Positions 32,272 to 40,706 of a stretch of 40,745 nucleotides of DNA are shown piece after piece. Each line of letters begins with the position of its first letter. The stretch's first letter is position 1. A model generated the notes under the pieces. That model ran no database searches, was not told the DNA's origin, and saw only the letters and a program-made list of their open reading frames with translations. Location: NCBI GenBank assembly GCA_049976425.1, contig JBMFIG010000012.1, positions 1-40,745 on the forward strand, given 5' to 3'. A program made the position numbers and the translations under genes. The DNA is from Thermoproteus sp. Its GTDB lineage: Archaea > Thermoproteota > Thermoprotei > Thermoproteales > Thermoproteaceae.

Positions 32272-32287
32272 GGTAAAGCTTTTAAAC
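32272..32287 (+). promoter_or_regulatory. BRE/TATA promoter of the tRNA gene
   Basis: GGTAAAGC-TTTTAAAC: purine-rich BRE followed by a TATA-like box, 60 bp upstream of the mature tRNA 5' end. Confidence 0.6.
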
Positions 32288-32346
32288 AGAGGAAAAAATA
32301 GAGGCGGATGAGCCGCCTCTGGACCCCGGAGGCGGCGAAGGCCGCG

Positions 32347-32464
32347 AGCGGGGTAGGCCAGCCAGGTAGGCCGCGGGGCTCATAGGGGGGACATCCCCCT
32401 GTGAGACCCCGAGGTCCCGGGTTCAAGGACGTCGAGTCCGACTAGAATCCCGGCCCCGCTACCA
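32347..32464 (+). tRNA. Initiator tRNA-Met(CAT) with two introns (32386-32406 at 38/39; 32426-32445 at 57/58) and encoded CCA
   Basis: Acceptor stem AGCGGGG/CCCCGCT (A1:U72), anticodon stem CGGGG/CCCCG with consecutive G:C pairs, anticodon CAT at 32381-32383, T stem CCGGG/CCCGG, terminal ACCA. Both inserts fold as relaxed bulge-helix-bulge motifs. Confidence 0.95.
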
Positions 32465-32502
32465 ATAGTTTGACCAAGAACCTCTCTAAGAATCTCAAGA
32501 TA

Positions 32503-33855
32503 TTAATAAAATTTTAATCTCATTATAAGTTTCTCTATTATGCGTTTTTGCCGCTCAGTAGCCGCGCAGACAAGCTTCCCGTTCAAGAACTCGAATACCG
32601 CGATCTTGATGTCGTCGCGTTGTGCAACCAGCTTTTTCAAGTCCCTAGTTGAAATATAAACAGTATATCCCTTCGTCTTGGCTATCTTGGGCTCGAGGCC
32701 ATGTTTTCTCAGCTTCTCTGAGAAGTCTCTAGCAGAGGCCGCGTCTGGAAAGTACTTCGTAGCCCATAGCGAGCCGCCTTCGTTGAAGACGACCCTCAAG
32801 CCCATGATTAGCCCCTCTCCCGGCGCGATATCGATATACTTTGCGACGGATCTCCCTCCGGCGTAGTCCGGACGCTTCCTCCGCCTACGTGGCGCCTCTG
32901 CAGACTTTAGATAGAGCCATTTGTGGGGGCTCAATACATCGAGAAGTTCCCCGTATCTTCCCGCCGACTGAATTATCTTGAGGAACAACTCCTTCCCGCC
33001 GGTTACGTATATGTAGTTCTCGCCGGTTTCCGAGTAGCTGGGAAACATGCGGGAGAGCTCTTGCTTCAAATTTCCGGCGACTGCGATCCGGAGCTTGTAA
33101 TGCCTACGCCGTACAAACGACCACTTGACCGAGCCGTCGCCGAGCCACCACGTGAGCAACGGCCTGTAATCGCCTCTGTTGAAGGCCTCTACGGCTAGCT
33201 TAATTGCTTCCCACTTGCCCATCCTCTGGCGCCACGTCGTGCTCTTGACGAAGAAAATAGGCGATATGCCTCTCTTAGTGAGGTTCGCTCCTCGTATCTC
33301 CACCTCTGCACCTCCAGGCCTTGCGGCCAACCAAGCAAAGACTTGCCATATCTGCGTAGTGCCCATCGCCGCCATAGAGCCCTCACGGGTCTCGTCTGAG
33401 GCCCTCCACCCAATGCTAAAAGATATAAGATCGTGTGGATCCATATCGAGTATATTTGGGAAGTATATAGAGGCCCGCACGCCACTTATTTTTATGGTGT
33501 AGACCGCATGGCCCTCGTAATTCTGTATATACATAAAGTCGTCGACGCCCCGCCCCTCCTCCAATAGCCTAGCCACGATCCTCAGAACTGACTCCGCCTC
33601 GAGCTTACCCTGTTCCAGAACTCCTATAACTCCGTCGGCCGCCTCCCCTATCTGCCTTCCGTATTGCGGCGACAGCTCGGCCAGCCTTCCCGCCACGTGG
33701 TGGACGTACAGCCTATAGCCCTCGAAGACTCTGCCTACGCTTCCGGCCGCCACGCCCCTCCTGCCGATCTCGGCAAGGACCTCGCCCAACGTCGGCGTCG
33801 GCTGGGGGCCGAGAGCGGCCTCCACGCGCCTAGCAAGCTCGGCGACGCCCTCCAC
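32503..33855 (-). CDS. PaRep2b-like protein with LAGLIDADG-like motifs
   Basis: YFPNIL...GWRASDE, MGTTQIWQVFAW, LTWWLGDGSV and YTVYIS resemble, from memory, the Pyrobaculum PaRep2b family; basic protein with lower GC than its flanks. Confidence 0.7.
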   Translation of the reverse strand: MEGVAELARRVEAALGPQPTPTLGEVLAEIGRRGVAAGSVGRVFEGYRLYVHHVAGRLAELSPQYGRQIGEAADGVIGVLEQGKLEAESVLRIVARLLEEGRGVDDFMYIQNYEGHAVYTIKISGVRASIYFPNILDMDPHDLISFSIGWRASDETREGSMAAMGTTQIWQVFAWLAARPGGAEVEIRGANLTKRGISPIFFVKSTTWRQRMGKWEAIKLAVEAFNRGDYRPLLTWWLGDGSVKWSFVRRRHYKLRIAVAGNLKQELSRMFPSYSETGENYIYVTGGKELFLKIIQSAGRYGELLDVLSPHKWLYLKSAEAPRRRRKRPDYAGGRSVAKYIDIAPGEGLIMGLRVVFNEGGSLWATKYFPDAASARDFSEKLRKHGLEPKIAKTKGYTVYISTRDLKKLVAQRDDIKIAVFEFLNGKLVCAATERQKRIIEKLIMRLKFY

Positions 33856-34054
33856 GTCCTCCAGCGCCTCCGAAAGTTATAACGATGCTGTAGATCGCCT
33901 AGGAGTAGGGTGTCTTGAAACAATCGGCTAACTCTCTGGCCCCCGGCGTGGGCATGCCTCACGGCCGTTCCCAGACCGCGTTGCGGATCGCGTGCGGCGG
34001 GCTTTCGGCCAGCCGCCCGGCGCAATCTATTTAACTCGGCAGACGTCGGCGTAT

Positions 34055-34603
34055 GTGGAGAGGTTCGAGGCGGCGCCGGGGGTCTCTGTGGAGCTGGTCG
34101 TGGGCGATATAACCGAGCTTGAGGCCGACGCCATCGTGAACGCCGCCAACTCCTATCTGGAGCACGGAGGGGGCGTGGCGGGGGCCATAGTGAGGAAGGG
34201 CGGCTACGAGATCCAGGAGGAGAGCAGGGAGTGGGTGAGGAGGCACGGCCCCGTGCCTGTCGGCGGCGTCGCCGTCACGGGCGCCGGGAGGCTCAAGGCC
34301 AAGTACGTCATACACGCGGTGGGGCCTAGATGCGGCGTCGAGCCGGTGGAGAAGATAGGGGAGGCCGTGGAGAACGCCATAATGAAGGCCGAGGAGCTCG
34401 GCCTCAGAAGCGTGGCTCTGCCCGCCATAAGCACCGGCATATTCGGCTGTCCCTACGGCGAGGCGGCCAGGCTGACTGCCGAGGCCGTGAGGCGCGCCGC
34501 GCCTAGGCTGAAAAACATCAAGAGGATTATAGTCTGCCTGTACGGCGAGGAGGCCTATAGGACATACGTCGAGGCCTTCCGGCGGGTTTTCGGGACAAGG
34601 TAG
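34055..34603 (+). CDS. Macrodomain protein (MacroD/YmdB-like, ADP-ribose binding or hydrolase)
   Basis: [37 protein letters not shown]; start GTG 34055 after a TTTAA box. Confidence 0.93.
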   Translation: MERFEAAPGVSVELVVGDITELEADAIVNAANSYLEHGGGVAGAIVRKGGYEIQEESREWVRRHGPVPVGGVAVTGAGRLKAKYVIHAVGPRCGVEPVEKIGEAVENAIMKAEELGLRSVALPAISTGIFGCPYGEAARLTAEAVRRAAPRLKNIKRIIVCLYGEEAYRTYVEAFRRVFGTR

Positions 34604-34631
34604 GCTTTTAAGGCCGGGCGCCGGAGCTGTC

Positions 34632-34862
34632 GTGAACCCGATCAGGAATATCTTGAACAAGCTCAAGTGGACAGGGCAGAGGGGCTCGATAGTCTACATC
34701 AACCGCGGCTCCCCCGGAGACGTCGCCGAGATCTCCACGGAAGACCTAGAGGAGATAGGCCGCGGCGGCTTCACCACCAAGTCCGGCGCCTACATACCCT
34801 ACCACAGAGTGGTCGAGATAAGGGACGGCGAGGGCAGAACCCTCCTGAAAAGACGCCGTTAA
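34632..34862 (+). CDS. DUF504/MJ1316 RNA-end-recognition domain protein
   Basis: IRNILNKLKW, YINRG, IPYHRVVEI signature. Confidence 0.88.
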   Translation: MNPIRNILNKLKWTGQRGSIVYINRGSPGDVAEISTEDLEEIGRGGFTTKSGAYIPYHRVVEIRDGEGRTLLKRRR

Positions 34863-34967
34863 CAGCCGCCGAGGCCCGGACAATATTTCAACTCCGCCTG
34901 CATTAACACACGCCGGAGTTCCAGGTAAACGGCGCCGCGCCGAGAGAATTGACGCTGTGTAGCAGAA

Positions 34968-35027
34968 CGCCGTTCATCTACGCCCAGTGTTAGCTGGGAC
35001 CAGCTAACACGGCGGGATGAGACGGCG
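34968..35027. other. Long intergenic hairpin (about 27 bp stem), candidate structured RNA or palindromic element
   Basis: CGCCGT/ACGGCG, TCATCT/GGATGA, CGCC/GGCG and a perfect GTGTTAGCTGG/CCAGCTAACAC. Confidence 0.7.
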
Positions 35028-35247
35028 GCCGGACTTGCAGATGCCTCTGTACATGCCGCCGAGAGGCCCGGCGCAAAATACGCCGAAGAAACGCCGCCGT
35101 GCGGGACCCCAGACAGGACGCCTCAATTCGTTAACTTATTCGGACCAGATATGCGTATTTTCTTGGTATTTTATATCTAGGCAATCGCCTATCTCGTAGA
35201 AAGTTATAAGATATTATATCTTAAATATGTATTTATACCGATTATTT

Positions 35248-36243
35248 TTATAGTGTCCTTGCTATTCCTGCCATGAACTTGTCTACAACCTCGTAGAGGC
35301 CTCTATCCACTTCCCTCACTAGGTACATGTTGGCCAGGGCCTTTAGCCCGACGCTGAAGGTCTTGTCGTCGAGCGCGTGTCCTATCTGCGCCTCGACGAA
35401 CTTCTTTATCTCGGCCCACCTGGCCTTCCCCAACGCGGCCAGGGCCTTGTATATGGCGAGCTCGTGTCTGCCGAGCTTCCCCAGCTCGCTCCTCACGAGC
35501 TCTCTCGCCGTTTCGGAGAGGGCAGCCAGCGCTTCCCTATGCCTCTTCCCGCCGGCCCTCAGGCTTCCGTAGTAGGTGAGCCAGCCGACGATGCCGTCCA
35601 GCTCCTCGACCGCCTCCTCTATCTCGGCATCGCCGACCTCTACCCCGCATTCCTCGAAGCCTCTTCTCAAGAACTCCGCGGATTCCTCCGGGCTGAAGGG
35701 CCTCAGCTCCAGCTTGACGAGCGGCCTCCCCAGAGATTCGGGGCTCTTCATTATGAGCTTCATGGTGCCTACCAGAGATCCGCTGAATAGAAACCTCACC
35801 TGCGCCTCGTTGTAGAGGACCGACAGGAGGGCGGGCAACCGGGGGCTGACCACGTTCTGGATCTCGTCGACGGCTATCACCACGTCTCCGAGCTCCTTGA
35901 TGATCCTCTCCAAAGTCGCCGAGGGCCTCCTCTCAATCTCTATCTGGAGGACCGATAGGTTGAGCTTGATCCTTATGCCCACGCGCCTCGCCTCGTCGAT
36001 GAGCCTCAGGCCCAGCGCCTTGAGGCTCGGCGCGGTCGAGGCGTCTATATATATCCCGCTCAACTCCTTCACGGCCACCTTCATCAGAGTCGTCTTGCCG
36101 ACTCTCCTAGGCCCCAACAAGACCGGCCAGAAGCCGGCGTTCAGGAGGCGCTCCAGCTCGTCTATCTCGCGGTCCCTCCCGAAGACGTACCTCCTGTCGG
36201 CTTTCGGACGTATATCGAATAGGCCGCAGGTAGCTGGTGCCAT
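35248..36243 (-). CDS. Archaeal AAA/P-loop ATPase with C-terminal winged helix
   Basis: FGRDRE, GPRRVGKT, IAVDEIQ, FSGS, LRPFS, GIVGWL; start taken as ATG 36243. Confidence 0.88.
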   Translation of the reverse strand: MAPATCGLFDIRPKADRRYVFGRDREIDELERLLNAGFWPVLLGPRRVGKTTLMKVAVKELSGIYIDASTAPSLKALGLRLIDEARRVGIRIKLNLSVLQIEIERRPSATLERIIKELGDVVIAVDEIQNVVSPRLPALLSVLYNEAQVRFLFSGSLVGTMKLIMKSPESLGRPLVKLELRPFSPEESAEFLRRGFEECGVEVGDAEIEEAVEELDGIVGWLTYYGSLRAGGKRHREALAALSETARELVRSELGKLGRHELAIYKALAALGKARWAEIKKFVEAQIGHALDDKTFSVGLKALANMYLVREVDRGLYEVVDKFMAGIARTL

Positions 36244-36266
36244 ACCAGTAACTGGTGGGGCACCAG

Positions 36267-36557
36267 TTAAAAAGCGTAGTAGTCGTACTTCTCTATCTTG
36301 GGCCTCCCGGTCTCGAGGGACTCCTTCACGCACATAAGGATCTCCTCGGCGATCGGCTCGGGAGGGGGCAGGCGCTTCGACACGCCTCGGCGGCCTTTGA
36401 CGACCTCCACGCGCTCCATCTCGTCGTTGAGGACGCCTATGGTGCATAGGTAGACGTAGTACAGCGCCTCCTCCAGGGTGGCCCCCCTGGCCTTCGCAGA
36501 TCTGGCTATCTGCCTGGCTAGGTCCTCCGCGAACTCGGCGAGCTCCTCGGGGATCAC
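36267..36557 (-). CDS. Hypothetical protein (96 aa)
   Basis: Host-like codon usage, helical composition, AT-rich promoter region upstream, lies 23 bp before the ATPase start. Confidence 0.7.
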   Translation of the reverse strand: MIPEELAEFAEDLARQIARSAKARGATLEEALYYVYLCTIGVLNDEMERVEVVKGRRGVSKRLPPPEPIAEEILMCVKESLETGRPKIEKYDYYAF

Positions 36558-36707
36558 TGGCCCTTAAAGTTTCCAAAATAAATATATTTCTTTCCCGACA
36601 AAAACGGTTTTTTACTAATATTTGAGAAATTATCTAAGGAAAATAAAAATAAATAATAATATATGTTTATTGAAATTGAGCTTGACCTGGAAAAGAGGAG
36701 GTAGCTA

Positions 36708-36974
36708 TTAGATCAACTCCTCGGCCCTCAGCTTCACCATGTGGTGGACGTCGCCGAACCTCATCTTCAGTATCTCCAAGCCTCTACGGGTCAGCGCGAC
36801 TTGATTGTTCTGGACCTTCACCGCGCCTAGACCCTCCGCCGTGTTCAGTACGTGGTACAGCTCGTCCAGCGTCAAGTGCAGGCTCTTCGCCAGCTCGCCT
36901 ATATGGACCCTCCCCCCGAAGTCGAGAACGACCTTTAGAAGGCCTAACAGACTGTCGGCGTCTACGTTTTCCAC
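36708..36974 (-). CDS. Stand-alone winged-helix protein resembling the AAA-associated C-terminal domain of nitrate/sulfonate ABC ATPases
   Basis: LGLLKVV-DFGGR...LA--L-L-LDELY-VL--AE-LG-V-V...LT--G pattern. Confidence 0.72.
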   Translation of the reverse strand: MENVDADSLLGLLKVVLDFGGRVHIGELAKSLHLTLDELYHVLNTAEGLGAVKVQNNQVALTRRGLEILKMRFGDVHHMVKLRAEELI

Positions 36975-37125
36975 GTAATGGTGTCGATATTATCTTTATA
37001 AGCTTATGCCCGACGTATGCCCGACGGCGTGCGGAGCCCCCGGCGCGTCGATGGACAAATTCCCGGCCGCCCTCCCGCCTCAGCGTCTGGCTAAGTCGAT
37101 ATTTTTATAGGGTTTGTATATCTCC

Positions 37126-38340
37126 ATGGGCCTTAGGATGGAGCAGTACGGCATGGTCCTCAAAGAGGTCGAGGCAGGCCCCGGCGGCAGGCGGACCTTG
37201 GAGCTGCTCTTCGGGCCTCAACACCCGACGTCGGGCCATATCCGCTTTTTCGTGGAGCTTGACGGCGATATAATAGTGGATATAAGGCCTGACCCCGGCT
37301 TCGTCCACAGGACCATGGAGAAGCTGGGCGAGACCCGCCACTTCATGATGAACATACCTCTGTTCGAGAGGCTGTCTCTGCCCGACGCCATAAATGTGAC
37401 CTGGGCGTACTCCATGGCGGTGGAGAGGATGCTGGGCTACGACGTCAGCGAGAGGGCCGAGTACCTCAGGACCCTCTTCGGCGAGATGAGCAGGATATCG
37501 GTCCACCTATACGACCTGGCCCTCCACGCCATAATGATAGGGTCGTCCACGGGCTTCATGTACGGCTTCGGCCTCCGCGACCTCCTCACCAACCTCTGGG
37601 CCATAGCTACGGGCGCCAGGACGACGCCGACTTGGGTCCTGCCGGGAGGCGTCAGGAGGGCGCCGCCCAAGGTCTTCTACGAGAGGCTGGCCGGCTTCCT
37701 GGACTTCCTGGAAAGGAAGATGGACGAGTTCTACAGGCTGGTCGTCAAGAACCCCGTGGGCTATTATAGGCTTAAGGACGTGGGCTACCTCAGCAAGAGC
37801 GACGCCGCGGCGTACCTCGCGACGGGGCCCGGGGCGAGGGGATCTGGGGTGGACTGGGACGCGAGGCGCGATCTGCCCTACGGCGTGTATAAGCAGGTCG
37901 AGTGGGAGGTGAAGGTCCGCGACGAGGGCGACTCGTTGGCCAGAACTCTCGTCAGGATCGACGAGGTGAGGGAGAGCGCCAAGATCATAAGGCAGTTGCT
38001 CAAGTCGATGCCCATGGACGGTCCCTTGGTCGGCCACAACGCCACGCACAAGATACCCCCCAAGGAGCGGGAGATGCTCAACGAGATGGTGAGGATGAGC
38101 GGCTACTACGTCACCACGACGAACCTAGCCGAGGGCACCGGCATGACGGAGGGCGGCAGAGGGCGGTACTTCTTCCAGGTCTTCGGGGCAGGCACCGAGA
38201 GGCTCTTCAGGGTCAGGATCTCGACGCCCTCTTGGCAGAACCTCAGGGCCTTCATGAAGGCCACAGTAGGCGCCAGGCTCATGGATCTGCCGACCATCTA
38301 CGGTAGCTTCGGGTTCTTCCCGCCAGAAGCCGATAGATAA
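37126..38340 (+). CDS. nuoD: NADH:quinone oxidoreductase-like subunit D
   Basis: FGPQHP, G-VHR--EK, GPGARGSG--WD-R, GDSLAR, C-terminal EADR; no Ni-binding CxxC pairs. Confidence 0.92.
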   Translation: MGLRMEQYGMVLKEVEAGPGGRRTLELLFGPQHPTSGHIRFFVELDGDIIVDIRPDPGFVHRTMEKLGETRHFMMNIPLFERLSLPDAINVTWAYSMAVERMLGYDVSERAEYLRTLFGEMSRISVHLYDLALHAIMIGSSTGFMYGFGLRDLLTNLWAIATGARTTPTWVLPGGVRRAPPKVFYERLAGFLDFLERKMDEFYRLVVKNPVGYYRLKDVGYLSKSDAAAYLATGPGARGSGVDWDARRDLPYGVYKQVEWEVKVRDEGDSLARTLVRIDEVRESAKIIRQLLKSMPMDGPLVGHNATHKIPPKEREMLNEMVRMSGYYVTTTNLAEGTGMTEGGRGRYFFQVFGAGTERLFRVRISTPSWQNLRAFMKATVGARLMDLPTIYGSFGFFPPEADR

Positions 38341-38368
38341 CTTAAAAAGGGATTCTTTACGTAGGGCT

Positions 38369-39382
38369 ATGGAGATCCCCTCCTGGCTCCTTTCCCCGCG
38401 TCTGTGGGATTTTCTCTTCGACGCGGTGATATCCACGGTAATACTCCTCACTATAGTCTGGGCCGAGAGGAAGATAGCGGCGAGGGTCCAGATGCGCGTC
38501 GGTCCCTTCCACATATCGCCTAGGCTGGGCGGCTACTTCCAGCTGATAGCCGACGCGGTGAGGTTCGTCATGCAGGAGGTCATAATCACCGTCGACTCCT
38601 ACCGCGTGTTGTTCGTGGCGCTCCCGCCGCTCTTCGTGGCTCTGGCCCTCATGCCGTCCTTCATGGTGCCGCTCTCGCCCTACCTCGCCCTCCTCTCCAG
38701 GCCCTCGTTGCACTACGGCATAGTGATGGCCCTCGCGATCCTCTTCTACCTCTTTATAATAGTGGTCGGCATGGGCTGGGCCGTGAACAACCGCTTCGCC
38801 TACATAGGCGCCGCCAGGGAGGCCCTCATAATAGCCGCATACGAGATACCGCTGCTCGACGCCTTCGCCAGCATGTTCCTCACCTACAAGACCATAGACC
38901 CCATAGAGATCGTGGCGAAACAGACCTATATAGTAGGGGCAATCTACAACCCGCTGGCTTTCATCGTCTACATCATAGGCGTGGCGATGGCCACAAGCCG
39001 CTTCCCCTTCGAGATAGCTGACTACGAGGGGGATGTGGCCACGGGGCCCTACAGCGATTTCTCCTCCATATTCTTGGCCTTGACCTACGCCGGCGGCATC
39101 TACATAGCGTTGTTCTCCTACTCGCTCCTCGGCGCCCTCGTGTTCCTCGGCGGATGGGCCCCCATAACGCCCGGCCCCTGGCCCGCCGACGTGTGGGGCA
39201 ACTTCGCCGCGGCGGCCTGGGTCATGATCAAGACGTTCGCCCTAATGCTCTTCTTCGTCTTCCTACGCTCCGTCATGCCGGTGGCTAGGCTCGACCACAC
39301 GCTGTCCTTCAGCTGGCGCTGGCTTCTGACGATCGCGCTCGCCGCAACCGCCGTATCTGCAGCCGAGTACTTCCTGTTGTGA
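38369..39382 (+). CDS. nuoH: NADH:quinone oxidoreductase-like subunit H
   Basis: ERKIAARVQMRVGP, QLIADAV, YEIP, RFPFEI; about 8 hydrophobic helices. Confidence 0.93.
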   Translation: MEIPSWLLSPRLWDFLFDAVISTVILLTIVWAERKIAARVQMRVGPFHISPRLGGYFQLIADAVRFVMQEVIITVDSYRVLFVALPPLFVALALMPSFMVPLSPYLALLSRPSLHYGIVMALAILFYLFIIVVGMGWAVNNRFAYIGAAREALIIAAYEIPLLDAFASMFLTYKTIDPIEIVAKQTYIVGAIYNPLAFIVYIIGVAMATSRFPFEIADYEGDVATGPYSDFSSIFLALTYAGGIYIALFSYSLLGALVFLGGWAPITPGPWPADVWGNFAAAAWVMIKTFALMLFFVFLRSVMPVARLDHTLSFSWRWLLTIALAATAVSAAEYFLL

Positions 39383-39384
39383 CC

Positions 39385-39921
39385 ATGGCGGGCCAGAAGA
39401 TCGGCGAGGCAATAAAGGCCGTCCTAGACGTCATAGGGCTTGGCGTTAAATACACCGTAAAGCCCGAGAGGCTGACCATATACTACCCCTACGAGGTGCC
39501 CGACTACATGGGCAGGGTGAGGGGCTGGATCGGACTATGGACCGAGCGGTGCACCTCTTGCATGATATGCGCGAGGATATGCCCCACAAACGCCATAAAG
39601 ATGTACATGGAGAAGAACGGAAGGCGCTACCCCGGCATAGACTACGGCCGTTGCATAATGTGCCACTACTGCATAGACGCCTGCCCTACCTACGCCCTCT
39701 ACCCCACCGACATCAGGGACTTCGCATTCTACAGACACGAGGACATGATGTACACCCCCGACATGATGAGGAAGCCGCCCCAGGTGCCCAAGCTAGTTCC
39801 CCACGTGGTGAAGGTAGTCCACGAGTACTCCAAAGGGCGCGTGGTCAAGGTAAGGGTCGGCGAGCTCGGCGAGCACAAGCCGCTTCCGCCGGCCCCCTCT
39901 GTGCCCGTCGTGGAGAGCTAA
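39385..39921 (+). CDS. nuoI: NADH:quinone oxidoreductase-like subunit I
   Basis: TIYYP and two CxxCxxCxxxCP ferredoxin motifs, IDYGRC. Confidence 0.93.
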   Translation: MAGQKIGEAIKAVLDVIGLGVKYTVKPERLTIYYPYEVPDYMGRVRGWIGLWTERCTSCMICARICPTNAIKMYMEKNGRRYPGIDYGRCIMCHYCIDACPTYALYPTDIRDFAFYRHEDMMYTPDMMRKPPQVPKLVPHVVKVVHEYSKGRVVKVRVGELGEHKPLPPAPSVPVVES

Positions 39922-40154
39922 CCTTTTGGCTGAGGCGATCCCCGACGCCTCGGTCTCCGGACCCCGGCAAGATCCTGCCGGAGATCGGTATTTCACGGAC
40001 CCACAATGATGTGTCACGAGGCCGTAGCCATATGCGACAGTAGGCGTACAGGCCGGATGGCCGCGCCTCCCAGCGAGTGTTCGCGCCAACCGCATCTCGG
40101 AAACGGAACGACATAGCCAAAAGCTTTTATTTCATCCACTCCACGAATGTTGAC

Positions 40155-40706
40155 ATGGTCTCTGCCGAGGTTCTTGAGAAGCCCCTCCCCAAGCCTTCCA
40201 CCGAGGATTACATCTCGGCCCGCCTCCTGGAGGCTTTGGTGGAGGCTGGGCTGGCTTTGAGATTTCTGAGAGAGGGCCTTGTGAGGAACGCCGCTGGGAA
40301 GGCCTTCCAAGCGTGGAGAGCGCTGATGGCGGCTCTCCTTAGACTTGAGCTCGATAGGCTGAAGGCTTTGGCCAGAAGCGACGAGGACAGGCGTTGGCTG
40401 GAGACAACCGCCGTACCGCGCGTGCCCACCAGCAGAATGACTGCACTGTCGCAGATGCTTGAGGAGGTGGGGTACGCCAAGATATCTTTCGCCACCGCCA
40501 TGGCGCTTAAACTACACGACTACCAGTACCACGGCCCGGACCCCGACATGGCTCTCTCGAAGTATAGGGGTAGGGGGGAGGCGGCTTACGACGTGGTTCT
40601 GCTCTTGAGAGAACTCGCCGAGAGGGCAGAGGCCTTGAGGGGGAGAGTCAAGTGGAGCGAGGAGCTGGAAAAGGCGCTGGAGGAGCTGAGGGGCGCGGCC
40701 CGGTAG
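40155..40706 (+). CDS. PaREP1-family protein (HEPN-like fold)
   Basis: EALVEA-LA--FL-EGLVRNAAGKAFQAW, VPT, ALKLHDYQYHGPD; ATG 40155 after a TTTTATT box. Confidence 0.88.
   Translation: MVSAEVLEKPLPKPSTEDYISARLLEALVEAGLALRFLREGLVRNAAGKAFQAWRALMAALLRLELDRLKALARSDEDRRWLETTAVPRVPTSRMTALSQMLEEVGYAKISFATAMALKLHDYQYHGPDPDMALSKYRGRGEAAYDVVLLLRELAERAEALRGRVKWSEELEKALEELRGAAR

Noticed and set aside
36244-36576. N-terminal extension of the 442-aa ATPase ORF
   Set aside because: It overlaps the better-supported 96-aa gene in another frame and is Arg/Gly-rich with no motifs.
37126-38340. Hydrogenase large subunit served by the hyp genes
   Set aside because: Both Ni-binding CxxC motifs are missing.
40005-40080. 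C/D box sRNA starting at ATGATGT
   Set aside because: Imperfect C box and no CTGA D or D' boxes at suitable spacing.
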